NCBI GenBank assembly: GCA_963792585.1
Contig: CAWBWI010000001.1
Span: 1,728,001 to 1,792,000 of the forward strand
Direction: 5' to 3'
Source: Candidatus Eiseniibacteriota bacterium
GTDB lineage: Bacteria > Eisenbacteria > RBG-16-71-46 > CAIMUX01 > VGJL01
Length of the DNA stretch: 64,000 nt
Under the pieces are notes generated by a model. The model was given only the letters and a program-made list of their open reading frames with translations, did not search any database and was not told where the DNA came from. Position 1 is the first letter of the stretch. Every line of letters begins with the position of its first letter. The position numbers were made by a program, and so were the translations under genes. Of the stretch, positions 43,601-53,330 are shown one piece after another.

Positions 43601-45508
43601 GACGCGACCTTCACGATTCCGGAGTGCCTGGTGAGCGTGACCTCGCCCGCTCCCGGCGTCACGTGGGATCCGGGAGGCGCGCACGACATCACGTGGACAT
43701 CGAGCGCGTGTGGCGGAACGGTACGGATCGAACTCCTGAAGGGCGGCAGCCTCTGTTCCACGCTCGCGGAGGAGACACCCGACGACGGGATCTTCAACTG
43801 GACCGCGCAAACATGCGCGGGCGGCAACGGTTGCGACTACCTGATCCGCATCGTCGATATCGAGACCGGCCGCGCCGGCGAGATGGACGGCTTCTTCTGC
43901 ATCTGCCCTCCCTGTCCGCCGATCGTGGTCTCCCCGAACGGCGGCGAAAGCTGGCAAGAGGGGTCGGGGTTCGACATCGTCTGGACGCCGTCCTCCTGCG
44001 ACACGGCGGTCAAGGTCGAACTGACCCGGGACGGGTCGGTCTGCGACACGATCAGCGCGGGCACGCCCAACGACGGGCTGTTCCACTGGACGGCCGCACG
44101 CTGCGGCACCGCGACGGCCGGCTACCGCGTCCTCGTTACCGGGCTCGACTGCGGGCAGAGCGATTCCGGCAACGCGGACTTCGCGATCCCGCCGATGCCG
44201 TGCGCGCTCGAACTCACCTCGCCGGACGGAGGCGAAAGCTGGAGCCGCAACACCACCCACCTGATCCGCTGGGATACGGCAGGAGACTGTGGCGACCACG
44301 TGAAGATCGAACTCCTCCACAGCGGTGTTCCGTGCCTGACCATCGCGGAGTCGACGTCCAACGACGAGACCTATAGCTGGGCCGCGGCGACCTGCGGTGA
44401 CGACGAAACGGACTATGCGATCCGCTTGACGGAACTGACCGGGAACAAGACGAGCCAGAGCGCAGCACCATTCTCGATTCCGATATGCAGGCTGACGGTC
44501 ACGGCCCCCAATGGCGGCGAGACCTGGGTGGCGGAAACGCAGCAGACGATCACATGGGATCCGAACGCTGCATGTGGATCGACGGTTCGGATCGAGCTCC
44601 TGCGCGGCGGGATCTCATGCGAAACCATCGATGGAGCGGCGCCAAACACGGGCACCTACTCCTGGATTGCGCAGAACTGTAACGGCCATGCCGACGGCTA
44701 CCGCATTCGCGTGACCGACACGGCCACCGGCGCGACCGACGCGAGCGACGCCGATCTGCAGATTCCAACTCCCCCGTGCTCCATCCTCGTGACCGCCCCC
44801 AACGGCGGCGAAAACTGGACTGAGGGCTCCGTGCACTCGATCACCTGGACCCCGGCACACTGCGGCGAGACCGTGCAACTCGAGCTGGTGAAGGATGGCT
44901 CCCCATGCGGTGTGATCGCGGCTTCCGCACCAAATACGGGCAGCTTCTCATGGAACGTGGAGTCGTGCGTCGGCACGCCCGGCGCATGGAAGATTCGGGT
45001 GACCGATCTCGCCTCGCAGGCATTCGACGAGAGCAACCTGGCATTCCAGATCGCGACATCGCCCGACGCGTACATCCTCCCGCAGAACCTCTCCGTCTGC
45101 AGGGGCACGCAAAACGTCGAGATCCTCGTCCGGGGAAGGAATAGTCAAGCCCTCCAGGGCTACGGGGTGAGTCTCTGCTACGATACGGCCGTGTTCATCT
45201 GCGCAGGGATCTCCCTTGCCGATACGCGCGGCAGCGGCGCCTCCTACTTCGAGAACGATTGCGGATCCGGCTGCGCACGCGCGGGCGCGATCATCTCCAA
45301 CGCCTGTCCGCCCCAGGTCGACGCGGGGGACGGTCCGCTCCTGAAACTCACGCTGCACGTGAAGGCAGATGCCCCGCTCGGGACCACGACCCTCGATCTG
45401 AGAAACGTCGATCCCTCGACCAATACCATGGCGAGATGCGGCGGCGCGGGGATCGATCCTACCCTGCTCGACGGCCGGGTCACGATCTGCGGAGGGACAT
45501 CCCGATGA
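40628..45508 (+). CDS. Very large lipoprotein: CHB_HEX_C/Fn3-associated domain, 14 Cys-rich PNGGExW Ig-like repeats and a C-terminal cohesin-like domain
   Basis: LVSC lipobox, IRYTTDGTTP, 14 counted repeats of about 95 aa, C-terminal YGVSLCYD...GPLLKLTLHVKADAPLGTT...DGRVTI. Exact start uncertain. Confidence 0.85.
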   Translation: MMLPAGFRIVSPRVENPCGASWPTRLPSTFRVSLFLLLAITLLVSCGEDGPSKPEPEVKCATPIFAPLPGTFAAATNVTITCATVGATIRYTTDGTTPVEASPLYTHPVAIAATSTLEARAWRDGFDPSDVATGIYTITGGSCSIGVTAPNGGEQWILGTAQTIAWGSNQCGPNVKIELLREGASCLTIAESTPNDGDYEWTAARCGGVSFDYEVRVTDLTSGFQDTSNDPFEIVESCAVQVLSPNGGETWTVGTSHDIAWASREACGTDVRIELLLAGIPCDTLAEATENDGSFAWVAARCGTPTSGYSVRVTDLDSGVTDPGDASFSLPDPACDISVLAPNGGESWDEGSAQEIRWRALDCGPSVRIEMLRAGDLCKTIADSTENDGSFAWTADRCGSVNDGYTVRVTDRASSTNDLSDDAFSIPGPPCTLTILSPNGGESWEEGTDHEITWTSNACSPPLIIDLFHGGELCRRLSVGEPTEGTFTWRVERCGGATEGYTIRLAGSGAVDTCDAPFAITPAAVPCVLTVTAPEAGEILWKGSRETIRWTASNCGSLARLDLLCNGVVCGQITDGTGNAGFYEWPVFDCCADTCAHSIRVTDLASNNPAESATFCIRTCTVAVTSPAGQDQWTAGEEHTIAWSTEGCGSEVRIELWTEEESLCRTIAERTDNDGSFPWTVASCLYDNTGYQVVVADLTSGSAAASEGFTILEPNPCILNVLSPNGGERWPAGSVHPITWSRSACGANVRIDLVRQGAECLTLAASSPNSGSFEWTVAACGPDSTDYRIAITDIEYGVSDQSDAVFAIPSCEIALDAPVGGERWPDGSEQMIAWHSSGACDGPVRIDLRCNDQDCRTIAASTEDDGAFAWTVDACCTAPCDHRIRVTNLATGSSVESPAVFCICPPCAPAVVAPNGGEKWKAGTVRAITWSAADCGASVTIDLLRNGLPCHTIASAAPNNGSYSWTVEGCAGEPNGYAIRVTGVCDAADESDATFTIPECLVSVTSPAPGVTWDPGGAHDITWTSSACGGTVRIELLKGGSLCSTLAEETPDDGIFNWTAQTCAGGNGCDYLIRIVDIETGRAGEMDGFFCICPPCPPIVVSPNGGESWQEGSGFDIVWTPSSCDTAVKVELTRDGSVCDTISAGTPNDGLFHWTAARCGTATAGYRVLVTGLDCGQSDSGNADFAIPPMPCALELTSPDGGESWSRNTTHLIRWDTAGDCGDHVKIELLHSGVPCLTIAESTSNDETYSWAAATCGDDETDYAIRLTELTGNKTSQSAAPFSIPICRLTVTAPNGGETWVAETQQTITWDPNAACGSTVRIELLRGGISCETIDGAAPNTGTYSWIAQNCNGHADGYRIRVTDTATGATDASDADLQIPTPPCSILVTAPNGGENWTEGSVHSITWTPAHCGETVQLELVKDGSPCGVIAASAPNTGSFSWNVESCVGTPGAWKIRVTDLASQAFDESNLAFQIATSPDAYILPQNLSVCRGTQNVEILVRGRNSQALQGYGVSLCYDTAVFICAGISLADTRGSGASYFENDCGSGCARAGAIISNACPPQVDAGDGPLLKLTLHVKADAPLGTTTLDLRNVDPSTNTMARCGGAGIDPTLLDGRVTICGGTSR

Positions 45509-48500
45509 GAACGATCCTCGCGTTCATGACCCTGCTCCTCCTCGGCGGAACCCAGGTCCACGCCGGCCGCAACGCCAACGGCGCGATGATCGTCCACACG
45601 AGCGATGCGGTCGTTTTCACGTCGACCGGCGACTACTGCGGCGCCCTGTACAACAACCCCGGCACCTGCGGGGCGGCCGGAACACGGACCGACAAGTCGG
45701 AGGACGATCCAGCGGTCATCTGGTTCGTCGCGGCCTTCCTGAACACAGCGAGCCCCGCGGTGACGGGGGTCCAGTTCGGGATCGAGCACAATCTGCCGCC
45801 CGGCGCGGGGGCCTTTGCGAAGTTCGGCGCCTGCGGGACCGGCGTCCTCGAGTTGCCGGAAGACGGATGGCCGGAGACGGCGTTCGGAAACACCATCACC
45901 TTCAGTAGCGCATCGACCTCGAAGCTCTTCCCTTTCTACTACTTTGCGGCCTATGGATTCGCGGGCGCGTACGTCGGGACCGGCGTGAGCCCGAACCTGG
46001 GGCACGCTTTGTTCACCGACGATGCCAACCCGCCCGGGGAAGACAACTGCTACAATTTCGGCCGGGTCCTCTGGCACCAGACCGGATTCAACGAGTGCCC
46101 CACCACACCGACATGCCAGGTCACGGTCACCTCGCCCAACGGCGGGGAGATCTGGACTGAAGGATCGGTGCACACGATCACCTGGAGTTCATCGGGTTGC
46201 GAGGGTCCCGTCCAGATCGACCTGATCCGGACCGACGGCCTGGCCTGCGAGACGATTGCCGTCGATGCGCCGAACTCCGGCGCGTACGGCTGGGTCGCCC
46301 AGAATTGCCTGGGAGGAAGCGGAAGTTACAAGATCCGTATCACGGATCTGCGCAGCGGCCGGATGGACGAGAGCAACCAGAGCTTCTTCGTTCCCGACGC
46401 CCCCGCCTGCCTGATCACCGTCATCGCCCCCGACGGCGGCGAGACGATCGACCAGGGAGGCTCATACGAGATCACATGGGGATCGACGCTGTGCGGTGCG
46501 AATGTGAAGATCGAACTGATCCAATACGGCAGTGTTTGCGCAACGCTCTCTGCATCGACCCCGAACGACGGCAGCTTCCTCTGGACGGCGCAGCCGTGCG
46601 CGGGGATGTGCGGGTACAAGATCCGCGTCACCGACTTCAGCTCGGGTGCGGCCGACGAGTCGGCCGAGGAGTTCTGCTTCCGCCCCTGCGCGCCGCACGT
46701 GGACGCGCCCAACGGGGGCGAGGAGTGGATCGCAGCGACCGAGAACGAGATCCGGTGGTCACCCGGCGCTTGCGGCGCGACCGCGAAGATCGAACTTCTC
46801 CGCAATGGGATCGTCTGCTCGACAATCGCGGCCGGCACTCCCAACGACGGAAGCTTTCTCTGGAGCGCCCAGCCGTGCGCGGGCGCGTCCGACGGCTACC
46901 GGATCCGGATCACGGACCTCTCCGGCGACGGGAAGGACGAGAGCGACGCCACCTTCCGGATCCTCTCATGCGAACTCGCCGTAACGGCCCCCAACGGGGG
47001 CGAGAGCTGGCAAGCCGAGAGCGTGCAGACGGTCACCTGGACGGCGAATCATTGCGGGGGCGACGTCCGGATCGAGCTCCTGCGCAGCGGCGTGGTCTGT
47101 GCCACGCTTGCCGCGAGCACTCCGAACGACGGGAGCTTCCTCTGGACGGTGGCCCAATGCGCGGGAAACCGGACCGACTACCGGATCCGGATTACCGACT
47201 TGCGCGGGGGCCTGCTGGACGAGAGCGACGCGGTGTTCAGCATCCCCGATCCCGCATGCACCATCCATGTGACGGCCCCGAACGAGGGCGAGAGCTGGAC
47301 CGAAGGTCTCCCGCACGACATCACATGGACTTCCGCCCACTGCGGCGGGACGGTGAAGATCGAACTCCTCTTGAACAACACGGTCTGCGCAACCATCAGC
47401 GCGAGCACCCCTGACGATGGGCTCGTGACGTGGACGGCGCAACGATGCGGCTCGGCGACGACGGGTTACAAGATCCGCATCACCGATCTGACCTTCGCCT
47501 CCGTGGATGAGAGCGACGTCGCCTTCTCGATTCCCGCCTGCCAGCTCACAATCACATCCCCGAGCGGCGGGAGTTGGGCCCCCGGATCGAGCCACTCGAT
47601 CGTTTGGACTTCCCAGGCATGCGGGAGCGCCGTCAGGATCGACCTGCTCCGCAACGGCTCCGTGTGCACGACGATCTCCGCATCCACCGCGAACGACGGC
47701 GAGTTCCTATGGACCGCCCAGCAGTGCACGTACGGCGTGAGTGGGTACAGGATCCGACTGACTGACCTCGCGACCGGGGAAACCGGCCAGAGCGAGTTGT
47801 TCTGCATCAGTTGCGACGACTTCTTCGCCATACCGGCGTCGACCGAGCTGACCGTCGGTCACACAAGTCTCACGATCCCGATCGAGGGCGGCAACGACAC
47901 GTCCATCCGCGCCTACTCGATCCGCGTCTGCTTCGATCCCGCCGTCCTCGAATGCACCGACCTCTCCCTTGCGGGCACGCGCGGAGCGGGGGCGTCGAAC
48001 TTCACGAAGTCGATCAGCGCCTCGTGCGCGACCGGCACCGTCACATTCTCACCGACATGCCCCCCACAGATCGCTCCCGGCACCGGTACCTACCTGAATT
48101 TGACCGTCAACGTGAAGCCGACCGCACCCCTCGGTCCGACGACGCTGACGTTCACCGGCGGGATCCCACCGTCGACGTCGATGACGACGTGCGCCGGAAC
48201 GCTGATCGGTCTCTCCCTGCAGAGCGGATCGATCACGATCGTCCCCGAGAAGTTCCGCCGAGGCGACGACAACGCGGACGGCCTCTGGGACATTGCCGAC
48301 CCGGTCTATTGCCTGGACTCTCAGTACGGCGGAGGCCCGCTTCCTCCGTGCCGAGACGCAGGCGATTTCGACGACTCGGGGCGATATGACATCGCCGACT
48401 GCGTGGCGAATCTTTGCTGGCAGTTCGGCAATTGCAGCGCTCCGCCGCCCCCCTTCGCGTCATGCGGGGCCGACCCCACGACCGGAGACGCGCTCGGCTG

Positions 48501-49257
48501 CGCTCACTACGCCGCCTGCGGTAACGAGATCCCGACCGCCCTGAGCGCGCCCGAGACGAATCCCGGCTGCCGGATCTCCCTCGGCGCGATCTCCTATGCA
48601 GGATGGGACTCGCTCATCGTGCCGATTCGCTTGACGAGTCCCATGGACATCGTAGCGCTGCAGTACACGATCGCCTACGACCCGGCCACGCTGACCTTCA
48701 CGGGTCTCGACCGGTCAGAGGTCCCGTTCGACTTCTATGCGGCGCGACCCGATCCACAGGGGGGTCGAGCGCTCGCGGGCGCCGTCCCCGACCTGGGCCT
48801 CACCGTTCCGCTCGCGCCGGGAGAGCACGGGATCGGGCGGCTGGTCTTCGTGGTTTCCGATCCGGCCCGGCTCGAGGCCGGACGGATCGACATCGGCGAT
48901 GTGCGCGTGATCGGCGTCGATCGGGTCGCACGGGCTGGTGAAGGAGCGAGCGTGACGGCGGCCGGAGCGCCCGCGGCGGCAAGCGCACCCCGACTTCGGG
49001 TGGCCAATCCGTATCGGCCGGGCGATGCGATTCTTCTCGATCTCCCCGAAGCTGCGCTCGCGAACGTCGCCGTATTCAACGTCTCGGGTCAGAAGGTGCG
49101 CACGATCTTCGGCGATGAGGATCTCCGCCGCGGCCGCCACTCCCTCCGGTGGGACGGGAAGACGGAATCGGGCGGGGACGCCGGCACGGGAATCTACTAC
49201 ATCCGCGCGATGGTCGGGCCGCGCATGGTGGGTCGCAAGATCACGTTGATTCGCTGA
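45505..49257 (+). CDS. Large secreted protein: conserved N-terminal domain, 6 PNGGExW repeats, cohesin-like, dockerin-like, second cohesin-like and FlgD-Ig domains
   Basis: ATGA overlap with the upstream gene, GGAGGG RBS, signal peptide; dockerin-like FRRGDDNADGLWDIAD...AGDFDDSGRYDIAD; WDGKTESG...GIYYIR. Confidence 0.85.
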   Translation: MRTILAFMTLLLLGGTQVHAGRNANGAMIVHTSDAVVFTSTGDYCGALYNNPGTCGAAGTRTDKSEDDPAVIWFVAAFLNTASPAVTGVQFGIEHNLPPGAGAFAKFGACGTGVLELPEDGWPETAFGNTITFSSASTSKLFPFYYFAAYGFAGAYVGTGVSPNLGHALFTDDANPPGEDNCYNFGRVLWHQTGFNECPTTPTCQVTVTSPNGGEIWTEGSVHTITWSSSGCEGPVQIDLIRTDGLACETIAVDAPNSGAYGWVAQNCLGGSGSYKIRITDLRSGRMDESNQSFFVPDAPACLITVIAPDGGETIDQGGSYEITWGSTLCGANVKIELIQYGSVCATLSASTPNDGSFLWTAQPCAGMCGYKIRVTDFSSGAADESAEEFCFRPCAPHVDAPNGGEEWIAATENEIRWSPGACGATAKIELLRNGIVCSTIAAGTPNDGSFLWSAQPCAGASDGYRIRITDLSGDGKDESDATFRILSCELAVTAPNGGESWQAESVQTVTWTANHCGGDVRIELLRSGVVCATLAASTPNDGSFLWTVAQCAGNRTDYRIRITDLRGGLLDESDAVFSIPDPACTIHVTAPNEGESWTEGLPHDITWTSAHCGGTVKIELLLNNTVCATISASTPDDGLVTWTAQRCGSATTGYKIRITDLTFASVDESDVAFSIPACQLTITSPSGGSWAPGSSHSIVWTSQACGSAVRIDLLRNGSVCTTISASTANDGEFLWTAQQCTYGVSGYRIRLTDLATGETGQSELFCISCDDFFAIPASTELTVGHTSLTIPIEGGNDTSIRAYSIRVCFDPAVLECTDLSLAGTRGAGASNFTKSISASCATGTVTFSPTCPPQIAPGTGTYLNLTVNVKPTAPLGPTTLTFTGGIPPSTSMTTCAGTLIGLSLQSGSITIVPEKFRRGDDNADGLWDIADPVYCLDSQYGGGPLPPCRDAGDFDDSGRYDIADCVANLCWQFGNCSAPPPPFASCGADPTTGDALGCAHYAACGNEIPTALSAPETNPGCRISLGAISYAGWDSLIVPIRLTSPMDIVALQYTIAYDPATLTFTGLDRSEVPFDFYAARPDPQGGRALAGAVPDLGLTVPLAPGEHGIGRLVFVVSDPARLEAGRIDIGDVRVIGVDRVARAGEGASVTAAGAPAAASAPRLRVANPYRPGDAILLDLPEAALANVAVFNVSGQKVRTIFGDEDLRRGRHSLRWDGKTESGGDAGTGIYYIRAMVGPRMVGRKITLIR

Positions 49258-49268
49258 AACATGCGTCG

Positions 49269-49298
49269 CGACCGGCGTTCCGTCCGGGGCGCCGGTCG
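49269..49298. terminator. Hairpin between convergent genes
   Basis: 9-bp inverted repeat CGACCGGCG/CGCCGGTCG. Confidence 0.4.
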
Positions 49299-49333
49299 AA
49301 CAAGAACAGCCCTTCAGCGACTTCTCGTCGCAT

Positions 49334-49912
49334 TCAGCGGTAGAGAGTCCGGACCCTCCCCCAGCTGACCACCACTGTCGGATCCACGTCGCTCGTCGGG
49401 AGCAGGATCAAGTCGAGGCAATCCAGGCGTGTGCGCATCGAACCATCGCCTCCATCGATGCTCCACTTCACGACGTAGGCGCCGGGGTCGAGAGCGATCG
49501 GTTCCGTCGACTGGACCCAGTCGTAGGCGGCGCTCTCTCAGCTCACACCGGATCCGGGGACCGTGACGAGCGTTACGCTCGCGACGGGTGTCTCCAAGGG
49601 TTCACTCAGGTAGTCCATCCGGAAGGTGCGGACGTAGCCGATCGCCCCCGCGCTTCGGAGTGCGGTCAAGAACACCGCCCTCGAACTGAGCGAGAGGTGG
49701 AGCTTGATCCACTCCCCATCGCAGTCGACACCATCCACGCCGTATCCCCCGGATGCCTCCGAGCAGGCCACGACTCCAATGGCCATACCGCAATCGGCGA
49801 TCTGACCATTGCTGTAGAAGCTCTCGGCCTCGATTCGCTGCGTTGTCCCCGAGGAGGTGACAGGAGAGAGAAGGAGAAGGATGACCCATGCGGGCCGAAG
49901 GTGGCGTGCCAT
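49334..49912 (-). CDS. Secreted CBM6/CBM35-like beta-sandwich protein with an in-frame UGA (candidate selenocysteine at codon 125) and a SWGRVRTLYR tail
   Basis: GGAGG RBS, signal peptide, IEAE...GEW motifs; frame stays open for 67 codons after the TGA at 49538-49540 and ends in the tail shared with four other proteins in the window. Confidence 0.75.
49490..49537 (-). promoter_or_regulatory. Putative bacterial SECIS element
   Basis: Directly 3' of the UGA: lower stem GAGAGCG/CGCUCUC, upper stem CGACUG/CAGUCG, apical loop GGUC at +21 to +24. Confidence 0.7.
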
Positions 49913-50015
49913 ACATACCTCCGCGAAAGAGGATAGCACGTCCGTCAAGCCGTCGCCATGGTGTCAGGATGCGAAGCTCGGTGAGAGGCGGGCGGCAACC
50001 GGCGAATCGAGCAGA

Positions 50016-51264
50016 TTACTCGTACCGTAGCGCATCGATCGGATGCAGCCGCGAAGCCCGAACCGCCGGGAGCAAACCGAACACGACCCCTACCACCGTG
50101 CAGAACAAGAGCCCGATCACGGCCCATTCCATTGGGACCTTCGCCGCAAACTGCGTAAACACCGTGACGAGGTTGCCCAGTCCGAATCCGACAAGGACCC
50201 CGATGACCCCACCGATGTTGCACAGAATGACCGCCTCGAGCAGGAACTGAGCCAGAATGCTCTGCGGCTTGGCCCCCAGGGCCTTGCGGATCCCGATCTC
50301 TCTGGTCCGTTCCGTAACCGCGACGAGCATGATGTTCATGATGCCGATCCCCGCGACCATCAGCGCAATGGTGCCGATGATGAAGGCGGCGATCTTGACC
50401 CCCTGACTCATCCTGTTGAATTGCGTGATCAGGCTCTGACTGCTGAAGAACTCGAAGTTGTCCGGCTCGTTCGGTCTCAAGCGACGTTCGTGCCGCATCA
50501 CGCGTCGCGTCTGCTCCATAGCGTCTTCGGTCAACTCCGGCGTCTTCGCTCGCACCGTGATGTTGACGGAGCGTGGGAAACCGTCCTTGTTCACCATGCC
50601 GTAGGTCTTGACGAAGGTCGTCACCGGGATCAGGACGTAGTTGTCGAAGTTCCCTCCGAAGGCCGACTTCTTCTCATCGAAGACCCCGATGACCTCGTAC
50701 TTGCGTCCGTCCACGCGGACGGCCTTTCCGATCGGATCGATGAACGGGAACAGCTTCTTGCCGATCGCATACCCGATGACGGCCACGTTGCGGGCGCTCC
50801 GAACATCCATCTCGGAGATGTTCCGTCCGATCCCGACCGCGTGGGTGTTGTTCGGCGCGTATTCGGGAGTCCCCCCGACGATCGCGAGGTTCGGATTGGT
50901 GGTCTCCCCCTTGTATTCCGCGCTGAATCCGAATTCCCAGATTTCGGAACCGACGAGGTCGACGGTCGAGACCTGTTCTCGGATCGCCGCGGCGTGCTCC
51001 AAAGTGATCGGTGGCCGGTTCCGTGCCCTCCGGCGTTGCTCATCGGAGTTGAACCCGCCCGCGGGCCATTTCTGCACCTGGAAGACTTGGGCGCCCAGGA
51101 CGCTCATCTCCTTCTCCATGGTGCCTTGCACCACCGAGATTGCGGTCATGACGGCGATGATCGAGGCGACGCCCGCGATGATCCCCACCAAGGTCAGGAT
51201 CGACCTCAACCTGTTGGTCAACAATGCGCCCCCAGGACATCGAGAGGATGTCAAAGGGGAGCAC
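50016..51264 (-). CDS. MacB/FtsX-type ABC transporter permease; +1 frameshift at 51229-51233
   Basis: NRLRSILTLVGIIAGV, GIGIMNIMLVAVTERTREIGIRKALGA and PIDALRYE; AGGAGG-GTG start is in frame after removing one G. Confidence 0.88.
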
Positions 51265-51287
51265 GACGCACCCTCCTGATCGCGGAG

Positions 51288-52527
51288 CTACTCATAGCGC
51301 AAGGCCTCGATCGGATCCATTCTGGCTCCCCGGTAAGCCGGGCGCCACTCCCGCCACCACGCCGACCGTGACCGACACAAGAACCGCGACGACCAAGATC
51401 GGGATCGAGATGCTCGCCGGCATCAACACCGCATTGACTACCAGGGTGAGAATCCAGGCCAGGCAGATTCCGACCACTCCCCCGAGCAGGCAGATGGATG
51501 CCGACTCGATGAGAAACTGGAGCAGGATGCTCCTTCGGGTGGCGCCGATCGCCTTGCGGACTCCGATCTCTCGCGTGCGCTCGGTGACGGAGACGAACAT
51601 GATGTTCATGACGCCGATCGCGCCCACGAACAATGAGATGCTCGTCACCAACAGCCCCACCAGGAGAACGACGCCCATGACGTTGTTGAAGGTGCCCACC
51701 AGGGTGTCGAGCTTGTTGATGGAGAAGTTGTCGGGTTCCGCGGGACGGAGGTTGCGAATCTTCCGCATCTCCCCGATCACCTCGTACTCGAGATCCCCCA
51801 TCGCCTCCTGAATCGGGGCCTTGACCGCGACGTTGACGTCCTCGCCCCCATGGCCGCCGGAGAACGCACTCACGTAGGAGGTGATGGGAATGAAGATCTG
51901 CCGGTCGAAATTCGGTCCACCCAGGAAACTTCCTCCCTGCTTCTCCATCACGCCGACGATACGAAAGTCGGCGCGGCCGATCTTGATCGACTTGTTCATC
52001 GGATCGGCAGTTCCGAAGAGTCCGTCCCGCACATCGGTTCCGATCACGCACACCCTTCTCTTGAAGGCAACGTCGAACGGCATGAGGAACCGGCCGGCCT
52101 GGGGTTGGGCGCTGGACATGCGCACCTGTTTGTCGGTAGTCCCAATGACGCTCACGTTCTCCATGATCTCCGAGCGGTGTTTGACGTCGCGTCGCCCTTC
52201 GATGGACGGATTGACCAGGGCCCTTCCGCGCATCCTCTTCTCCAGGACTCGGGCCTCGCGGAGATCGATGTTGGGGCGATTGCGGTAGAGAAAGAAGTCG
52301 TTCATGGTCACCCACGGCACGCGGGAGACATAGAGCACGTCCGTGCCCACGGCCGAGAAGCTCTCGCGGAATCTGTCACGCAGTCCGTTGACAGCGGTCA
52401 TGGTGAGCACGACCGCCACGATCCCGATGATGATTCCCAGGGTGGTCAGAGCGCCGCGGACCTTGTTGGCGCGGATTGCGTCGAACGCGATCCGGAGGGA
52501 CGTCCCGATATCGACGGCGGCCCTCAT
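51288..52527 (-). CDS. MacB/FtsX-type ABC transporter permease; +1 frameshift at 51340-51342
   Basis: NKVRGALTTLGIIIG and GVMNIMFVSVTERTREIGVRKAIGA; removing one C restores the family ending PAYRGARMDPIEALRYE*. Alternative start at 52557. Confidence 0.88.
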
Positions 52528-52529
52528 CC

Positions 52530-53330
52530 TCAAGCGACCCTGGGCGCGCTCATGCATTCGTCTCCTCCGTCGCCAGGACGCGGGAACGAGTGGAGGCGTC
52601 TCCACGCGCACGGTGATCCCGTTGCGACGTCGGATTCGATCCTCCCGTCCCGCAAGCGGACGATCCGCTTTGCGTGCGTGGCGATATACTGCTCGTGCGT
52701 GACGAGGATGATGGTCTGGCCCGACTCGTGGAGGCGGTCGAACATCTCCATGATCGCATCCCCGGTCTTGGTGTCGAGATTCCCCGTCGGCTCATCGGCC
52801 ACGATGATGGCGGGATTGGTCACGAGCGCCCGTGCGATGGCCACCCTTTGCCTCTGACCTCCCGAAAGCTCGTTCGGCCGGTGCCGCATCCGATCCGCCA
52901 GTCCGACCCTCTCCAGGGCCTCCTCAGCCCGCCGTCGTCTCTCCGCCTTCGCCACCCCTGCGTAGATCATTGGCAACTCGACGTTGGTCAGGATGTTTGC
53001 GCGCGGAAGCAGATTGAACGTCTGGAAGACGAAGCCGATTCGGCGATTGCGAATCTCCGCAAGCTCCGCCTGCGACATCTCGGCCACCATCTGCCCTTCG
53101 AGATGGTAGGTTCCCGACGTCGGCACATCCAGGCAGCCGATGATGTTCATGAGGGTCGATTTCCCGGAGCCCGACGGACCCATGATGGCGACGTACTCGT
53201 TGCGGGCGACGTCGAGGGAGATGCCGTCCAAGGCGAAGACGCGCTCGGCGCCCACGAGGTAGCACTTGACCACGTCCCGGAGCGCGAGGAGGACCGCGCC
53301 CCCTGTGCGATCAGAAGGCCCGCTCGCCAT
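52530..53330 (-). CDS. ABC transporter ATP-binding protein (LolD/MacB-like)
   Basis: [33 protein letters not shown] and VTHE motifs. Confidence 0.95.
   Translation of the reverse strand: MASGPSDRTGGAVLLALRDVVKCYLVGAERVFALDGISLDVARNEYVAIMGPSGSGKSTLMNIIGCLDVPTSGTYHLEGQMVAEMSQAELAEIRNRRIGFVFQTFNLLPRANILTNVELPMIYAGVAKAERRRRAEEALERVGLADRMRHRPNELSGGQRQRVAIARALVTNPAIIVADEPTGNLDTKTGDAIMEMFDRLHESGQTIILVTHEQYIATHAKRIVRLRDGRIESDVATGSPCAWRRLHSFPRPGDGGDECMSAPRVA

Noticed and set aside
41050..47812. Recurrent CCCAACGGCGGCGAG-like DNA repeats as a CRISPR or non-coding array
   Set aside because: They encode the PNGGE protein motif at roughly 290-nt spacing with synonymous variation, and no cas genes are present.
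49538..49540. Genome-wide UGA reassignment (code 4 or 25) as the explanation for the in-frame TGA
   Set aside because: Many genes here end at TGA right after complete family C-termini (for example 35551 and 49257) or in an ATGA overlap (45505-45508), and no other long gene has an internal TGA.
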